From Chrysomallon squamiferum (Eukaryota > Animalia > Mollusca): DNA of 64,000 nt. Positions 62,260 through 64,000 of the stretch are shown here, piece after piece; positions within the stretch are counted from its first letter, which is position 1, and every line of letters starts with the position of its first letter. The translations under genes and the position numbers were made by a program. The notes under the pieces were generated by a model. It had not been told where the DNA came from. It made no database searches and saw nothing but the letters and a program-made list of their open reading frames with translations. The DNA lies in contig CM022665.1 of assembly GCA_012295275.1 (NCBI GenBank), forward strand, positions 2,790,001 through 2,854,000, in the 5' to 3' direction.

Positions 62260-64000
62260 TTTAATAATAATAATAACAACAACAACAACAACAACAACAA
62301 TAATAATAGTTGAAAATAACCACTAATTTCGACTAATTGGTAATGACTACCATATAAAAATTTGTGAAAATAAGTTTCATAGCCGTGTTTGTTAAACCTA
62401 CACAGGTAGCCAGATTTTCTGTCTTATCACCCTGACTGTGTTAGCGCATAACAGATTAAAAACTGTCACATAAATACACGAGTATGCGTGTTAACAATAA
62501 TGTATTTTTGATATCACTGAACATGCACAGTAGCCCTGGCGTGTTTCTTACTTATCTGTCACTGAAGTGAGACGCTTAAATATTGAATATAAAAACAACA
62601 AATCTGTGATAACATAATTATTTAAATAAAATAAAACAGTTATAAAATTATGCATTCTAAATGTCATAAAACCTTTTTCATTTTTTTTTTCTTTCTTTCT
62701 CTTTCTTTTTTCATTTTTTCGGTAGCTTTTTTTAATATTGGTGTATCTATCATTGTAATTACTTCCCGCATAACGCGATACAAAATAGTGGGGTTTTATT
62801 GTTGTTGTTGTTGTTATTGTTGTTACTGGGTTTTTGTTGTTGTTGTTGTTGTTTTTGTTTGTTTTTTGGTTTTTACTAATCTGATAAACAGATCAAGACC
62901 TAAATATGCTCTGAGTATTTTGATATTTTCATAACTTCCAAAGCAACTCCATTTTTGTGTAACTGACATGCAAACACACGCTGATACGGATAGATACACA
63001 AACACGACTGACTCGCATATACACAACACTTCACACAGTGCGTACACAAACACCACAACAACCAAACTGTCAAACACAGATATCAGTGAGCAGTTATTAA
63101 TGACACATCTCATAGTTTAACACACAAAAATCTCACACAAAACTCTGCTGATAAATAACACTACTGACATCACCTGACGATATTCGTTTTATATAAAAAA
63201 TATCCATTTAAACGTTAAAGTAAAAAGGTTGCCGTCTCTAATAACAATATATATATATATATATATATATTTAACGTAAATAAATAAAATAATTAATTTT
63301 ATATTTTATAGCCCTAATATTAACGGCGTTTATATACAAAATAAATTGTCATTTCTGACAGTCAAAACAGACTTTCAATATTAGTAATTTCAAAATGTGT
63401 TTAGTTATTAATGAACACACGCCTGCACAATTTAACTCTTAAAACATAGTTTACAACAACAAATAACAATACATATTGCACTTGCAAACGGCAGAACAAA
63501 CACACTTAAACAGAAAAACAACAACAAGAAGAAAAATTACAGAATAGAACAGAAAATAATCTGTAACAGAAAACACAGACTGCAAGAGAAAAGAAAACAC
63601 AGACTAGAAGAGCAAAACAAAACGCGGACCACAAGAGAAAAACATGATACGACACAACACAACACAACACAACACATAACGACCATCAACATTATAATTA
63701 TGGACCTTGTTACGGAATATATTCCAGACCAGTTTAACAAATCAAGTGTTTCTTTTATTTTAGTTAAGCTGTAATCTGTTAATACGCAAACTGCAGTATT
63801 AGGAGCGCTATTAATTAGACCCCTTATGGTTTAAGCACATTCGTCGTGCGCACCGACAAAGGGCTGCGCGCGAGCCCCAGCTAGCCCTCGTTGAGAAACC
63901 ATTGTTCGAACTGTTTGTGTTTTCACCGCGTTTCGTTCTACCTTCACTGCCTCCCTGCATGCAGGCAATTAGGAATCTCCATTACAAAGCGGCAACCTGA

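Overview
This is AT-rich animal genomic DNA, probably from a mollusc (the taxon is inferred only from the repeat relics and composition). It holds two intron-rich genes arranged head-to-head across a ~1.5-kb CpG-retaining promoter. (1) On the - strand is a C2H2 zinc-finger transcription factor. It has 8 phase-consistent coding exons between 6160 and 1 plus a candidate first exon at 10117-10165, and it runs off the left edge. (2) On the + strand is a complete EHBP1 orthologue. It has a non-coding exon 1 (~11680-11790) and 21 coding exons from 17712 to 46057, giving ~1176 aa with NT-C2, six NPF motifs, CH, bMERB and CaaX 'CSVQ'. The introns contain two relics of one LINE family, a pogo/Tigger fragment, SINE relics, a 39-bp-arm hairpin and many microsatellites. 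The right ~15 kb has no credible coding exon but keeps its CpGs and carries discrete complex non-coding islands. Together with the expanded 3' introns of EHBP1, this fits the ancient Ehbp1-Otx genomic regulatory block, with Otx predicted just beyond the right edge (inference; no Otx sequence is in the window). Other notable points are a 4x47-bp repeat that multiplies an EHBP1 splice donor, a 10x TPNSPEK phospho-heptad, a 45-nt TGCATG-flanked cassette exon and inverted repeats bracketing the NT-C2 exons. All exon boundaries were read by eye from GT-AG sites and codon phase.
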